Below are positions 42,126 through 56,604 of a stretch of 64,000 nt of DNA, piece after piece. The stretch lies in contig NC_042998.1 of assembly GCF_006345805.1 (NCBI RefSeq), positions 67,022,001-67,086,000 on the forward strand, given 5' to 3'. Source of the stretch: Octopus sinensis. Lineage: Eukaryota. The translations under genes were made by a program, and so were the position numbers. Every line of letters starts with the position of its first letter. Position 1 is the stretch's first letter. The notes under the pieces were generated by a model that saw only the letters and a list, made by a program, of their open reading frames with translations, was not told where the DNA came from and did not search any database.

Positions 42126-42231
42126 GTTCTTTATACGATGCACCGTTTCATCTCTTGTTTAATGGTAAACTAACCTGATTAAATTAATCAAGCTAGTCTT
42201 CCATAGGCCGATAGATTCATCAGTAAAGAAC
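42126..42231 (-). ncRNA. Type I hammerhead ribozyme, copy 1
   Basis: The minus strand reads GUUCUUUA-CUGAUGA-AUCU-(59 nt)-AGAU-GAAA-CGG-UGCA-UC-GUA/UAAAGAAC. Stem I is 8 perfect bp and stem II is 4 bp (AUCU/AGAU). Stem III is A-U, C-G, G-C, G-U closed by a palindromic UGCA loop. The GUA triplet is at 42136-42134 and predicted cleavage is between 42134 and 42133. Confidence 0.85.
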
Positions 42232-42697
42232 GGCCAGATCGAGCAGATATTACACGAGGCACTTCTATCACTGTCTCGGCAATATCTGACCTAAAATTTT
42301 CAAATCATCGCACTCGCGCCAAATTCATCGGCAGCAAATATAAGCCGCCGATTCCATTACGGAATTAACCAGAAAATTCATAATTAATCAATATAGGGTG
42401 GCAAAAAATTTCGTAGAATTCTTTTGCCACCAGCGGCCTAGTGGGAAAAATTAAATAGTCATAGACCATTTATAAATTCAACAGCAAAATCAAGGAACGG
42501 CCATAATAGGCCATTCACCCACTAGAAATAACAGCCAAGGCTTCAACCGCAAAACAACATTAATTCCGCAAACCAGGAGAAAATTAAAAAAACATTTACC
42601 CTGTAGTTCTTTATACGATGCACCGTTTCATCTCTTGTTTAATATTGCCGAGACAGTGATAGAAGTGCCTCGTGTAAATATCTGCTCCGATCTGGCC

Positions 42698-42803
42698 GTC
42701 TTTACTGATGAATCTATCGGCCTATGGAAGACTAGCTTGATTTAATTTAATCAGGTTAGTTTACCATTAAACAAGAGATGAAACGGTGCATCGTATAAAG
42801 AAC
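42698..42803 (+). ncRNA. Type I hammerhead ribozyme, copy 2 (in the inverted arm)
   Basis: gTCTTTA 42698-42704, CTGATGA 42705-42711, ATCT 42712-42715, 60-nt insert (with a 12-bp hairpin at 42731-42760), AGAT 42776-42779, GAAA 42780-42783, stem III CGG-TGCA-TCG, GTA 42793-42795, TAAAGAAC 42796-42803. Stem I is 6 contiguous bp here because one T is missing relative to copy 1. Confidence 0.82.
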
Positions 42804-43196
42804 TACAGGGTAAATGTTTTTTTAATTTTCTCCTGGTTTGTGGAATTAATGTTGTTTTGCGGTTGAAGCCTTGGCTGTTATTTCTAGTGGGTGAATGGCC
42901 TATTATGGCCGTTCCTTGATTTTGCTGTTGAATTTATAAATGGTCTATGACTATTTAATTTTTTCCCACTAGGCCGCTGGTGGCAAAAGAATTCTACGAA
43001 ATTTTTTGCCACCCTATATTGATTAATTATATATATATATATATATATTATATAAAAATACACACACAATTTTATAAAAACAAAACGCTCATTATTTTAT
43101 TAGGAGATTAACAGTGAATGTCCCTGTAACTTATTAGGTTTGCTGTATATATATGGGTATATATATATATATTATATATATATATATAATATATAT

Positions 43197-43242
<46 letters not shown>

Positions 43243-43739
43243 GCCGACCTGTTAACGCACACATACCTACTGACACGCGCGCGCACATACATGCACATAC
43301 ATATGCATGTGTATCAAAGGCTTTTCCTTCCACGGGCTCTTACTCAACTCAGAGAGTCTCCGCATCGATTGGCAAAATAAGCTTTCATGACCTACTAATT
43401 TATTAAAATATTATTGTGCATTTTCCTCTATGTTCGTTGAATCCAACGAATAAAGAATGTTGCTTCAAATTTATGTCTTAGGAATTACGATCACAGAGCC
43501 GCGTGCTAGATTTTCTCCACTTGGTTAGCATGTTGTGTCATTTAGCGATGCACAGTCTTTATTGCTGCTCAACTGTACTCATTGGAATATAAGGAGTAGC
43601 GAAATGCTAACGCAGGAATCCATTCGCTTCTTTCCTTCTCTCACGCTCCTTCCCTCTCTCACATTCTCTTCCATATTTCTCTCCCGCTTTCCATCTCTAT
43701 CTCCCCCCTCCCCCACTCTCTTTTTTTGTTCCCCTCTAT

Positions 43740-43750
43740 ATCTTTCATAT

Positions 43751-43802
<52 letters not shown>

Positions 43803-43856
43803 ATCTCTCTCTTTCTCTTTCTCTCCATCTTTCTCCCCCTCTCTCTCTCTCTCTCT
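43740..43856. repeat. (CT)n-rich microsatellite
   Basis: Read directly from the sequence. Confidence 0.9.
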
Positions 43857-44328
43857 GTCTTTCTCCAGCTACCGCATCCTGAATGTTCCACGGGTTGAAA
43901 TGTGGGACGAGCAAATGCCCATGTAGCCACCCAAAACACTTAGCGAGAATATTACTATATTTTTGAGAATTTAGTGTCTGATTTATTCTCAGTACACTTG
44001 TAATAAGAAAATCACCTCGAAAAAGCACTTCTTTATTAGACTGTAAGGTAAATAACATGAGGGTATGTTAAATCTTTGGGTCCTAGACTGACATAAATAT
44101 TGATTTTTATATTTCTATTTTCACATGTATATTGCATGGACATGTTTTCCATTTATATAGGATTACATTGTTAAGATATTTGACTGCATTACGCGTCAAA
44201 CGCTCCGTGTTTCCGTAACATCAAAATGTATTGAATAGTATACACAAATACATACATACACACACGCACACACACACATATATATTATATATACAGGTAT
44301 ATATATATATATATATTATATATATATA

Positions 44329-44366
<38 letters not shown>

Positions 44367-44495
44367 TATATTGAAGTAGATAAATGAATTATCTTATTAC
44401 GGACAATTCAAATGATAACCGATACCTGGGTAGCAAAAATCACAACAAAGGAATTTTGTTAAATCTTCGATCAGCTCCATTTCTTCCTACACTAA

Positions 44496-44597
<102 letters not shown>

Positions 44598-45992
44598 GAG
44601 AGAGAGTAAAATAAATATCAGCAGTTTTTGTTTCTACTCCTTATAGTAAATAGCATTGTTAATATACGTAATCTGCACTGAAGTCGAGTGCATTGGTAAG
44701 GTTTGCCTGGTATGCTATTTCACATGCATTCAAACACTGTAACAGGAATTTTCAGATATAGTACACGCCTAAATCTCTAATATTACTTACGATATTAATT
44801 AGCTTTAAATCGAGCTCGACGTGATAGCAATCTAACTTACCTCAATTCACAAAGCATACAATTCGGCTTAATAAATGGGGGATCCGTTAAGACATACGTC
44901 GAATTTCAAAAATAGATAGAACCGTGTCAGCTAAAATGCCTGTATTGGTAAATCACCTCTATTAGAGCTGAGCTGGGATAAACAACAAACATCAACAGCA
45001 ACAGCAATTGATATTTCTTAATCAATAGAACCTGAATTTAATTCTCAATCGTAACTAAATAAACATTATTGTTTCTAGTACACCGGTAACAAAACAAGAC
45101 CTTGTTTTGTTTTAATGAATCATCGAAATTAATTATTACTAAACTTAATAAAACCGAAGATTATTTGTTAAAATACGTTCCTCAAGTAATCGATTGGATA
45201 TTATGCAGCATCTGTTACAAATGAAGAAAAAACCTGAAAAATATGAAGAAAAAAAAAGCATTATGCGAAAATATCAAATACGGCGAAGAAACACAGCGAT
45301 TGCTCATAAAAGAAAACCAAACATTACAGCTATTTTTGAAAGATGTGCAAAAGGGAATGCAGCAATTGTTTGTTGAAACGAAGTTTGACAGAATCTAAAA
45401 AGACTGATTCTGTTAGATTTCTGTGATCGTGCACAAAGTTGGATTTTTTTTTTAAATAACATCCACTTCCTCATGAGACCTTCAGCAAAATGATCTTTTG
45501 TGAGGAGGATAAAAGTCTGATAAATTTGCTAAATTTAACGTGTGTACTCTTGGATTTTTGATGTGGTAGCCACTATGAGATGGAACATTTTCTGGAACGA
45601 ACTGGAGATAATATTTGTCAGTTATTAAAAGCCAACAGTTCGTGGAACACAGGAGACTAGATGTTAAAGAATTCGGCATCAGAGCAAGAGAATATTTTAT
45701 GGTCGATATGCAGAGAAATAATTTATATTATCAGCAAAGTGCAAGAACTACTCAACTAGTCTAGGGCAGTAAAGAATGAGGGATGGGGATGTATATGGTA
45801 CTACTAATAGCCGGATTCTCCATTTGAATTATCATATTTTTTCTATTGTCTACGTAAACGATTCTAAATGGATCGTAAACAGTCTGGAACAACTTGAAAA
45901 TTCGAAATAATTTTAAAACTTCAATGTGAAATTAGAATAAAATTGCTTTCATTTTCTCTTAGTGTACTCCAAAAATTTACTCATATTCTTAA

Positions 45993-46130
45993 ATGATAAT
46001 AATAACAATAACAACAATAACAGCAACAACAACAACAATAATAATAACAATAATAATAATAATATAATAATAATAATAATAATAATAATACCAACAACAA
46101 CAATGACGATGATGATGATAATAATAATAA
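45993..46130. repeat. (AAT)/(AAC)/(GAT) trinucleotide microsatellite
   Basis: Read directly from the sequence. Confidence 0.9.
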
Positions 46131-46200
46131 CATCTCAATTTACTGACCACACGTCAGCGATCAGGGCTAGTGGAGATTTACTTAAACACTTTTAAAGTAT

Positions 46201-46414
46201 TCTTTACAATTCTAGGCACAAGACCCGAAATTTTTAGAAGGGGGCCAGTCTATTAGATCGACCCAAGTAAGCAACTGGTATTTAATTTATCGACCACGAG
46301 CGAATGAGAGGTAAAGTCGACATCAGTGGAATTTGAACTCGGAATGTAACGACGGACGAAATACCGCGAAGAATTTTGCCCTGCATGCTAAAGTTTCTAC
46401 CAGCTCGCCGCCTT
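46201..46414 (-). mobile_element. tRNA-related SINE family 3, near full length
   Basis: The minus strand reads aaggcggcgagctggtagaaac...ggtatttcgtccgtcgttacattccgagttcaaattccactgatgtcgactttacctctc..., the same element as 11133-11298. Confidence 0.75.
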
Positions 46415-47003
46415 AACACATTTAAACTATTAAGAAAAGAAGTGTGACAGTGAAATTACCCAATAGGGGAGACATCACACATTAACAACCCGGTGCTAAA
46501 GCAAAAAATCACAATGCATAAAAGCTATGTATTACATAACTACCAAACAGTAAACAACCACAGCAAAACTAGCTGGGAGAGTCTACATACATCGTCGATG
46601 ATTTTACCATATAGAACAGCTCCCTACACTCCGGCTCATTAAAGAAAGATAATGGACAATACTGCCGGGATATAAACAAGTGACAAAGTGTCACAGCAGT
46701 TCCGTCTTGAGACTAATAGTCTACTTGATGAAAGTTTCTAAAGGGATATATTAGAGCTAAAACAAGGATTATCACAGGCCACGTTGCGCAATTACAGGAA
46801 AATAGCAAGAAGCACTGAAGTAACAGAAGAAAAAAAATATATCTCATAACGAAGCATAACATATGTGTCATACACATCCACTTATATATAGTGAAAAGGA
46901 CAAGTTTCCCGCAGGTAAAGTACACGAATGTGTACATAAATATTTGGAGCAGAAGAAAATTGTAATTTTAGCGTGTATATATGAAAACAATTATATATAG
47001 CCA

Positions 47004-47034
<31 letters not shown>

Positions 47035-47056
47035 CATACATATATATATATATATC

Positions 47057-47117
<61 letters not shown>

Positions 47118-47120
47118 ATA

Positions 47121-47175
<55 letters not shown>

Positions 47176-47185
47176 TAATATATAT

Positions 47186-49425
<2,240 letters not shown>

Positions 49426-49432
49426 ATATATA

Positions 49433-49506
<74 letters not shown>

Positions 49507-51615
49507 ATAGCAATAAAGGCGGACATTAGGAGGAGAAAATTTATAACAAGCACAAATTTGATTATTAAATTTAATTTAATATTCTATTGGTTGTTATTTG
49601 TAAGGTTTACTCATTGATCCGATAGGAAATTTCAATATGGTTTTAGTCTATTAGAAACACAAAATATAACATAGGCTACTTCATTATTCCAAATATATAA
49701 AATCCATTAAGGATCTCTCATTCAACGATTCAGTAATATTCATGAATAGCTTCGATTGTATTTAAGCTAAATTTAGCGGTTTACAATCAACATTAATAAA
49801 CCTCAACTCACAGATCCGTTCTAATATTATAGATAAGTCACGTTGAGCTGTACGAAAATCGAAATGCAGTCATCAGAGGCAGAAAACGAAAAATAATAGA
49901 ATTGCACACACATACACATCCGTATTTCTCTGATGCATATACACAGATACGCGTGACTTTAGAATAATCACATTTATACTCGGATAGACACTTACATTCA
50001 CATGCATACATTCATGCATACGTACATACTTACATATATACTTATATACATAAACATGCATACACAAATACATGTATACATACAAATATAATACATACAT
50101 ACACACACATATATACATATATACATACGTACATACATACATGCATACATACATACATACATTCATACATGCATACATACATGCATACATACATACATAC
50201 ATACATACATACATACATACATACATACATACATACATACATACATACATACATACGTATAAGTACGTGTGTAGGTGCAGTGTATCAGATACTCTTTTCC
50301 ACAGATTTTTCGAAGCGTATTTTGGCCTTGCAACTTGTGACAATCGAGCTTGTTCTTATCCTATGTGCCACGCAACGGCACAAAACTCGGTGCCATCTAT
50401 TTTAAACCCTACATTCATAAATACATGCTTATGTCTAGAACATAAAACATATTAGAAGTACTTTACATGCTTTTCCATTTACATGTGATGCTAGTGAAAC
50501 GCAATCCATCCTTCGTGACTTGTCACGCAATATCCTCAAAAGGGAAATGCTGTTTACCATTTGCTCCGCCACCACAAAATGCACATAGCTATGGCTGTGT
50601 TCATTATGAGTCCACTTAGCAACTATTTTGTTTTCAGTTCGATTTCGCCTCACGACATGTTGATGTAAATCATCGTCTGGTTGATGTAAATCTAGTGACG
50701 AGAAGTAGTTAAACATGGTTTTGTAGGAGTGACAATATTTCCCGCTCTTTAAGTAAAGGTCTTCACCTGCCGCCCACTTTAAGAATCTACTTGGCTGTTA
50801 GTGAATTCATAACAGCATTGAATGAGTCGTAAACATTCGTGCTAGATTTTCTTCCTGAGGATAACATTTTTGTTCTTCGTAGTTATCAAGGATGCCATGA
50901 ATTAGATGAGGAAAATGCGCTTTTCTTCCTCCTATGGTGATACCATTATCACGAATTTTAGGGAAAGAAATATTTTAGAACGAAAATAACCTCGTGTTTT
51001 GGGCATTTCTAATCGACGGAGTAAATCATTGTTCTTTCTGTTGATGGGTTTGTCTAAATCCTGCTTAGAGTAGCATGAATAGAAAGACCTTCAAACAGTA
51101 ACCACTTTAACTTGTTTACTGGAATAGCATGTTTAAAATTGCATCATTGACTGTGTTCTTTTACTTTTTAAAATATGTCAGACATTTGAATTAGGTTGGC
51201 CAGAATTTCAAGCATATAGCTCAACTGCATATAAAGTCCTTTTTGCGCTTCAGTTTTTACTCGATCCTGCTCAAGCGAACTTATAATCAAAATCGTTAGG
51301 TTACGTCCTATATACTGTCCTATATAAACTTTGTAAAGGCGATTCGGGATTAAATACACTGCGGAGTCAAATGAAGGGAATTGTCCTGGTGGTAGCAGAG
51401 AATTTTTTTTTAATTCGGAGTTTTGGCGTTTTCTTAGCTGAAACGCTTACCTCTGTTCTAGAATATGTTCACAATTCATAGCCGCATGAACTTAAACTGA
51501 CTGTAATAATGTCTATAATGTCTTTTGATATAGCAATCTCATTTACTTAATAATAGCATCACTAAATTTAATATTTTATAACTTTATTATCCAATAGTTA
51601 TGTAATCTTTGTGCT

Positions 51616-51686
51616 AAAAATTTGAATGAAATTATGACAAACATATGGCACAAAAATTTGAATGAAATTTGCCAAACATATGGCAC
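51616..51686 (+). repeat. 35-36-bp tandem duplication
   Basis: aaaaatttgaatgaaattatgacaaacatatggcac followed by aaaaatttgaatgaaatttgccaaacatatggcac. Confidence 0.9.
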
Positions 51687-54600
51687 AAACAAACGCATAA
51701 ATACACTATTATCTATCTACTTTGTCGCCAAATAGCAGTTCAGTACATATATTCGCTACGTTACTATGAATAAAACGATAATAATATTCTTTTTCATATA
51801 TGGCACACATCTTGCTAAAATTACATGTGTTTGTATCTGTGTGTGTGTGTTAGCGTGTGTGTGTGCGTATTTATGGGTGTGTGTATATGTATACAGAGGA
51901 ACACAAAGTGAGGGAGATAGTGAGTGAGTTCCATTTTGGATTATTCAAAAAGAAACTTCCCTCCAGCGTCCGTGCTTTCCGTATTTCCTTCTATAGAATT
52001 CTCGTATGTTGGTTGTTCTTACTTTTTACTTATATATATAATTTCATTTTTTTTTTGTACTGCGACACAATTCACTTATGTCTTCTATAGCATTTATTCA
52101 TGTCATATATGATTCTATATCTAAACATTGACAATTTTCATTACCAAAACTATAAATAATGTTTTCATTTATCCGCTGGCATTGCTGATCGTTCTCTCCT
52201 ATGCATTTTTTCTAAGTTCATGAAGCTAAAATCAATTGATGATCGATATTGGGACTAATTGCTTCTGTTTGATAGTATTCTGATTCATTCATCTGCTATT
52301 CTAACAAATATCGAGTTGTGAGAACGTGAACATGACACGATTCTGAAATTGGAGTCTCTTTTTAAACATTTCACATCCTATTCAAAACATTATAACTCAA
52401 GGGTTTATTGCAAACCTAACACGTGAAAAGCCTTAGATTAAAAAAGAAATAACAAATAAATAACATTATTTTATCGGATATTCAACACTTGTTCAAAATA
52501 CAAACAGTGACAGCTGCTTTGAAATAAAATTAAATGACAAAACCATATTTGTAAACTAAGATGCGAGAAAGATATTTTATAGCCCATGTTTTTTCCCGGT
52601 TTGATGGATGCTATAAATATTTTGTTTATTACTTGTAAAACTCTACTGCTAGGGAATTTGTTGTTAATGCATGCAAGTATGTTTTAGCACATAACATGAT
52701 ATTTGTGAGTTTAGCGTCACCAGTATTAATACTAATATTTGCAGAAAATTGTATCTACGAAATAAGTTTTATATGATTGGATATATTTTTATTTCTTAAA
52801 ATCCATGTGATGCACTTGCGGAAAAATATGGTCAGGTTATATAAAATGTAGAATATACTTTTAAATATGAAACTTCATCGAAGCATCATTTTATTGGATT
52901 TCTACAAAAAAATCTTTAGATGTGTGGATCATAAAATTAAACAGCACTCGTTGAAATCTCTTTCATGCTATTCTCACAACGATATTTTACAAGCATTTTG
53001 GTTGTTATTCGTTTATAATGGCATAATGAATATTTAGAGTTATATATGAAACATAGGAGTAAATGCAATTATATTGCATAGAAATCTATTCTAAACCTAC
53101 AACAAAGATAATTAATATGGTGTATTATAATATCCGTCTGTTGACACATATCTATCAAGGGGCCGAAGCGGAAGCCTCTACATATTCAATCGATTTGCTA
53201 GAAATAGCCGATCAGATCTCCCACAAATATCTCCTTACTAATTCCACAAATTATGTTATGTGTACAAAGACTTCGTGATAACTTACTTTTTTACTTATAG
53301 ATCCGTTCAGACTAAACGCAAACAACAACAACAACAATAAAATATATTTCAAAGGGAGTATCATGTTCTACTTTCATATTTTCTCTCCTACAATACATTC
53401 AAGAACGAATGTTATTTAGCTTCTAAAAGTTATCAATCTCGAGTAAAACTGACACGTAGGAAAGAACGCATATATTAAAATATCTTTGCAATAAGAAAAG
53501 ATAGAAAAAAGAAAAGACTTGAGGGTATTTGATAATCCAGTTTCGGTAAAGTTTTTCTATCTTTCGGATAAAGTAAAGTTCCTGCAATTTCCGAGATTGC
53601 CTGGCAGTTGCTTTTTCATTATCATACCACTTACTTTTTGTAGCGAATGGATTTCTTCCAATGTTTATTTTCTTATAATATTACTTTATTACATTACCAC
53701 GTAGTGATACTTCAGTAGAATTGTGAGCAAGTTTTACGAGATAGAGCTCCATTTTATTTCTTACACTGTTTATTATTTCTTAGAAGGTTTATCATTTCTT
53801 GCAACGGTTTTTTTTTCATTTCTTACAATGTTTATTATTTTTTGCAATGTTTCAAAATGAGTTAAATATATTTAAGCATAAGTCGTGTCATATATGGAGA
53901 AAAGGTAAACGATTGAGTGGCATTGTACTTTGCAGGAAGGTATTAAATGAAAAGAGGAAATAGATTCAAGTAAAATTGTGTCACACTTAAAATATATGCA
54001 CCGTTTTCCAGAAATATTGTATAATAAATTTAGAAATTCCACGTTAGTACAGCAGAGGTATTGAGCTATGCTTGTTACACACACCCTATAACTTGGTGTA
54101 TATATGTCCAGACAGAACCGAAACTAGAGTTTGTTTTCTATTCACTTAACAAGTCAAATCAGCCTAATTCCGTAAATGTTCTACACACGTTTACAAAGCT
54201 TTATTTCAAAGATTTACAATGTTGTTTTTGATGTCTATCCCCAGAGCAGCAGTAGAGAGGAAGTCTATGATTGAGAGGGGTCTTGCAACCATTCATAATC
54301 TGTATTTTCTAATGTGGGCTTCATGATTTAAACGACAGTTATGAATTCAAATACATATGAGTGAAGTGTTGAGCAAGAAAAACTCCCTCTTACTTTCGTT
54401 TCTCAGTAAGTTTGTGTTGTTATAATTCTTCTAATCATGGTCTACAAAATAATAAACAACAAGGAATTGAATTCAATGTGTTTGAAAGTAGCTGCTCGCT
54501 TAACTAAAGTGAATAAGGATTTGGTTTGCCTGGAGCATCTATGTTTAATATATAGATGAATAAGTTTTCTAATGCCCTTTCTGGTAAATTCGTTGACCAA

Positions 54601-55462
54601 AGTTTAGTCAAAAGTCAAAGGAAATAAGCTAGATAGCTTCGAGATACAAGGGAAACCTGATTATATTTTGGTGCGATTATTTATGATAATTTACAGTTTA
54701 AAAAGTAACTAGAATCCTCCCTGAACTATGTTAAACTCGTTTTGAAATATTTAAACACAATGGATTATCTTTTCATCTGAAGAATGATTCTACTACCAAG
54801 TAAATTCAAATGTCAGATAATTTATGTTAATATAAACAATAATGACTAATTGTGTGTTTTATGATCACGAGGTGAAATTTGTGGATTACATTCTAATGAA
54901 CTCCAAACTCTTCACCAATTCTAAGGCAAGTTACTGCATCTTCATATATCATCACATCAAAAGCATTGTATAATATTTCACATACTGTTCTATGGACACA
55001 CTACATTGAAAATATCATGCATCCCAATATATTAATTAAATATTTCCTGTTCATATAGATCATCAAGTGAGGTTCAGAGAGTGGAATATTCAATAATACA
55101 CATATTGATTGATTTATTCTTTAACAGAATGAAAAGTCGTTAAAAATAAGTTGACGTAGATCTTCAAGATACTTAGAGTTTCGTAGATGGGAAAAACAAA
55201 AGACGGCGAACTCTCTGGATATTCGGAAGCAAAAGTAGAGTACTAATATACTGATGTTTTACAGTAACTACAAAAATATGAACTAAAAAGATTTAAAATT
55301 CTGATTTAATGCACCAAAATATTAAGTTTCAAAATACAACATTATTATATAGATTAAGATGTTTAAACTTATAGATATACACATATATAAACACACATAC
55401 ATATATATATATACACTCATACATATACATATACATACTCATATACACATATATATATTTAT

Positions 55463-55495
<33 letters not shown>

Positions 55496-55903
55496 GGCGC
55501 ATGCGTAGCTGTGTGGTAAGAAGCTTGCTTCCGAACCACATGGTTCTGTGTTCAGTCCACTTCATCGCACCTTGGTTAGTGTCTTCTTCTGTCGTCCGGC
55601 CCGACCAAAGCCTTGTGAGTGGATAGGGTAGACGGGAACCGAAATAAGCCCGTCGTATATACATATATATGTATCTATCTATGTATCTATCTATATCTAT
55701 ATTGTTTTGTGTCTGTGCTTGTCCCCTCACCATCGCATAACAACTGATACTGGTGTGTTTACGTCCGCATAATTTATTGGTTCGGGAAAGGAGATCGATA
55801 GAATACTAGTAGGTTTACAAATAAAAAGTGCTTGTGCCGATTTGTTCGACTAATGGTGGTGCTGCACCATGACCGCAATAAAATGACTGAAAGAAGTAAA
55901 AGA
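55496..55903 (+). mobile_element. tRNA-derived SINE family 1 (CORE-like central motif), near full length
   Basis: The head has an A-box-like TAGCTGTGTGG and a B-box-like GTTCAGTCC. A cacct tgg...gtgtcttct motif follows, then an internal microsatellite and a 3' part. It aligns by eye with the copies at 31391, 36880, 57555 and 61020. Confidence 0.8.
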
Positions 55904-55962
55904 AAATATATACATATAGATAGATTGATAGATACGTAGATAGTGATAGATAGATAGAGACA

Positions 55963-55996
<34 letters not shown>

Positions 55997-56397
55997 AAAA
56001 CATACATACATACATACATCCACCCATATACACTTGCACTCCTTCACAGATAATATATGTATCATGCCTGTATTCTTATATTTGACACGATTACACCATA
56101 CAATATTTTCATTATTTTATCTTTCCGAGATAATACGAAATGAACAATAAAAATAGAACGTCCGGCTAGGACTAATATTTTCCACCGCATTTCCGACACA
56201 GTAATTAACAATTATATTTTTTATCCTAAACAATCAATCAGTGTTATTGACTCTATATGCAACCATATTTGAAATTTAGATCCTCATTACAAGCCTAATA
56301 CAAGTGAAGTTTCCTTCCTATCGTTTCACTCAGATAAATCAAAAATCATTTTATATGTGTATATATTACAACGCACCAAGGTGTTACAATATTGGTC

Positions 56398-56604
56398 TGA
56401 AATTTTGGCACAAGGTCAGCATTTTAAGGGTGGGGATGAGCTGATGAAATCAATCCCGATTCTCAGCAGTTAAATATTCTCTTGATTCCGGAAAGATGAA
56501 AGGTAAATTTTACCTCGGTGGAATTGGAACTCAAAAACTAGTGACAGACTAAATGCCGCTAACCATTTTACCCGGCTTGCTAATGATTCAGCCCGGTCCC
56601 CGCA
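56398..56604 (-). mobile_element. SINE family 3, diverged
   Basis: gaaagatgaaaggtaaattttacctcggtggaattggaactca...aaatgccgctaaccattttacccggc matches family 3 in reverse orientation. Confidence 0.6.

Larger units (their letters stand above)
42003..43030. mobile_element. Hammerhead-ribozyme-bearing non-coding retroelement (non-LTR retrozyme or Penelope-like pLTR derivative): partial tandem of a 480-bp unit plus an inverted partial copy, inserted in (TA)n
   Basis: Segments are B 42003-42163, C 42164-42285, D 42286-42379, A 42380-42482, B 42483-42643, then revcomp(C) 42642-42765, revcomp(B) 42766-42926 and revcomp(A) 42927-43030. The direct-repeat period is 480 bp (42003 vs 42483). Copies differ by a few SNPs and 1-bp indels. 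(TA)n flanks both sides, there is no long ORF, and a hammerhead motif spans the B/C boundary. Confidence 0.8.

Noticed and set aside
42003-43030. Reading the direct and inverted repeats as a CRISPR array or a simple TIR DNA transposon
   Set aside because: There is no repeat-spacer periodicity. The two outer ends are different positions of the unit, not matching TIR termini, and the internal tandem plus hammerhead cores fit a retroelement better.
50435-50716. 93-aa non-repetitive minus-strand ORF, and similar ORFs at 13939-14214, 14395-14634 and 39001-39255
   Set aside because: No recognisable domain and no convincing paired splice signals; the lengths are compatible with chance.
53155-53222. 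Short similarity (ctagaaata..c) to segment B of the ribozyme element
   Set aside because: The match is too short to establish homology by eye.
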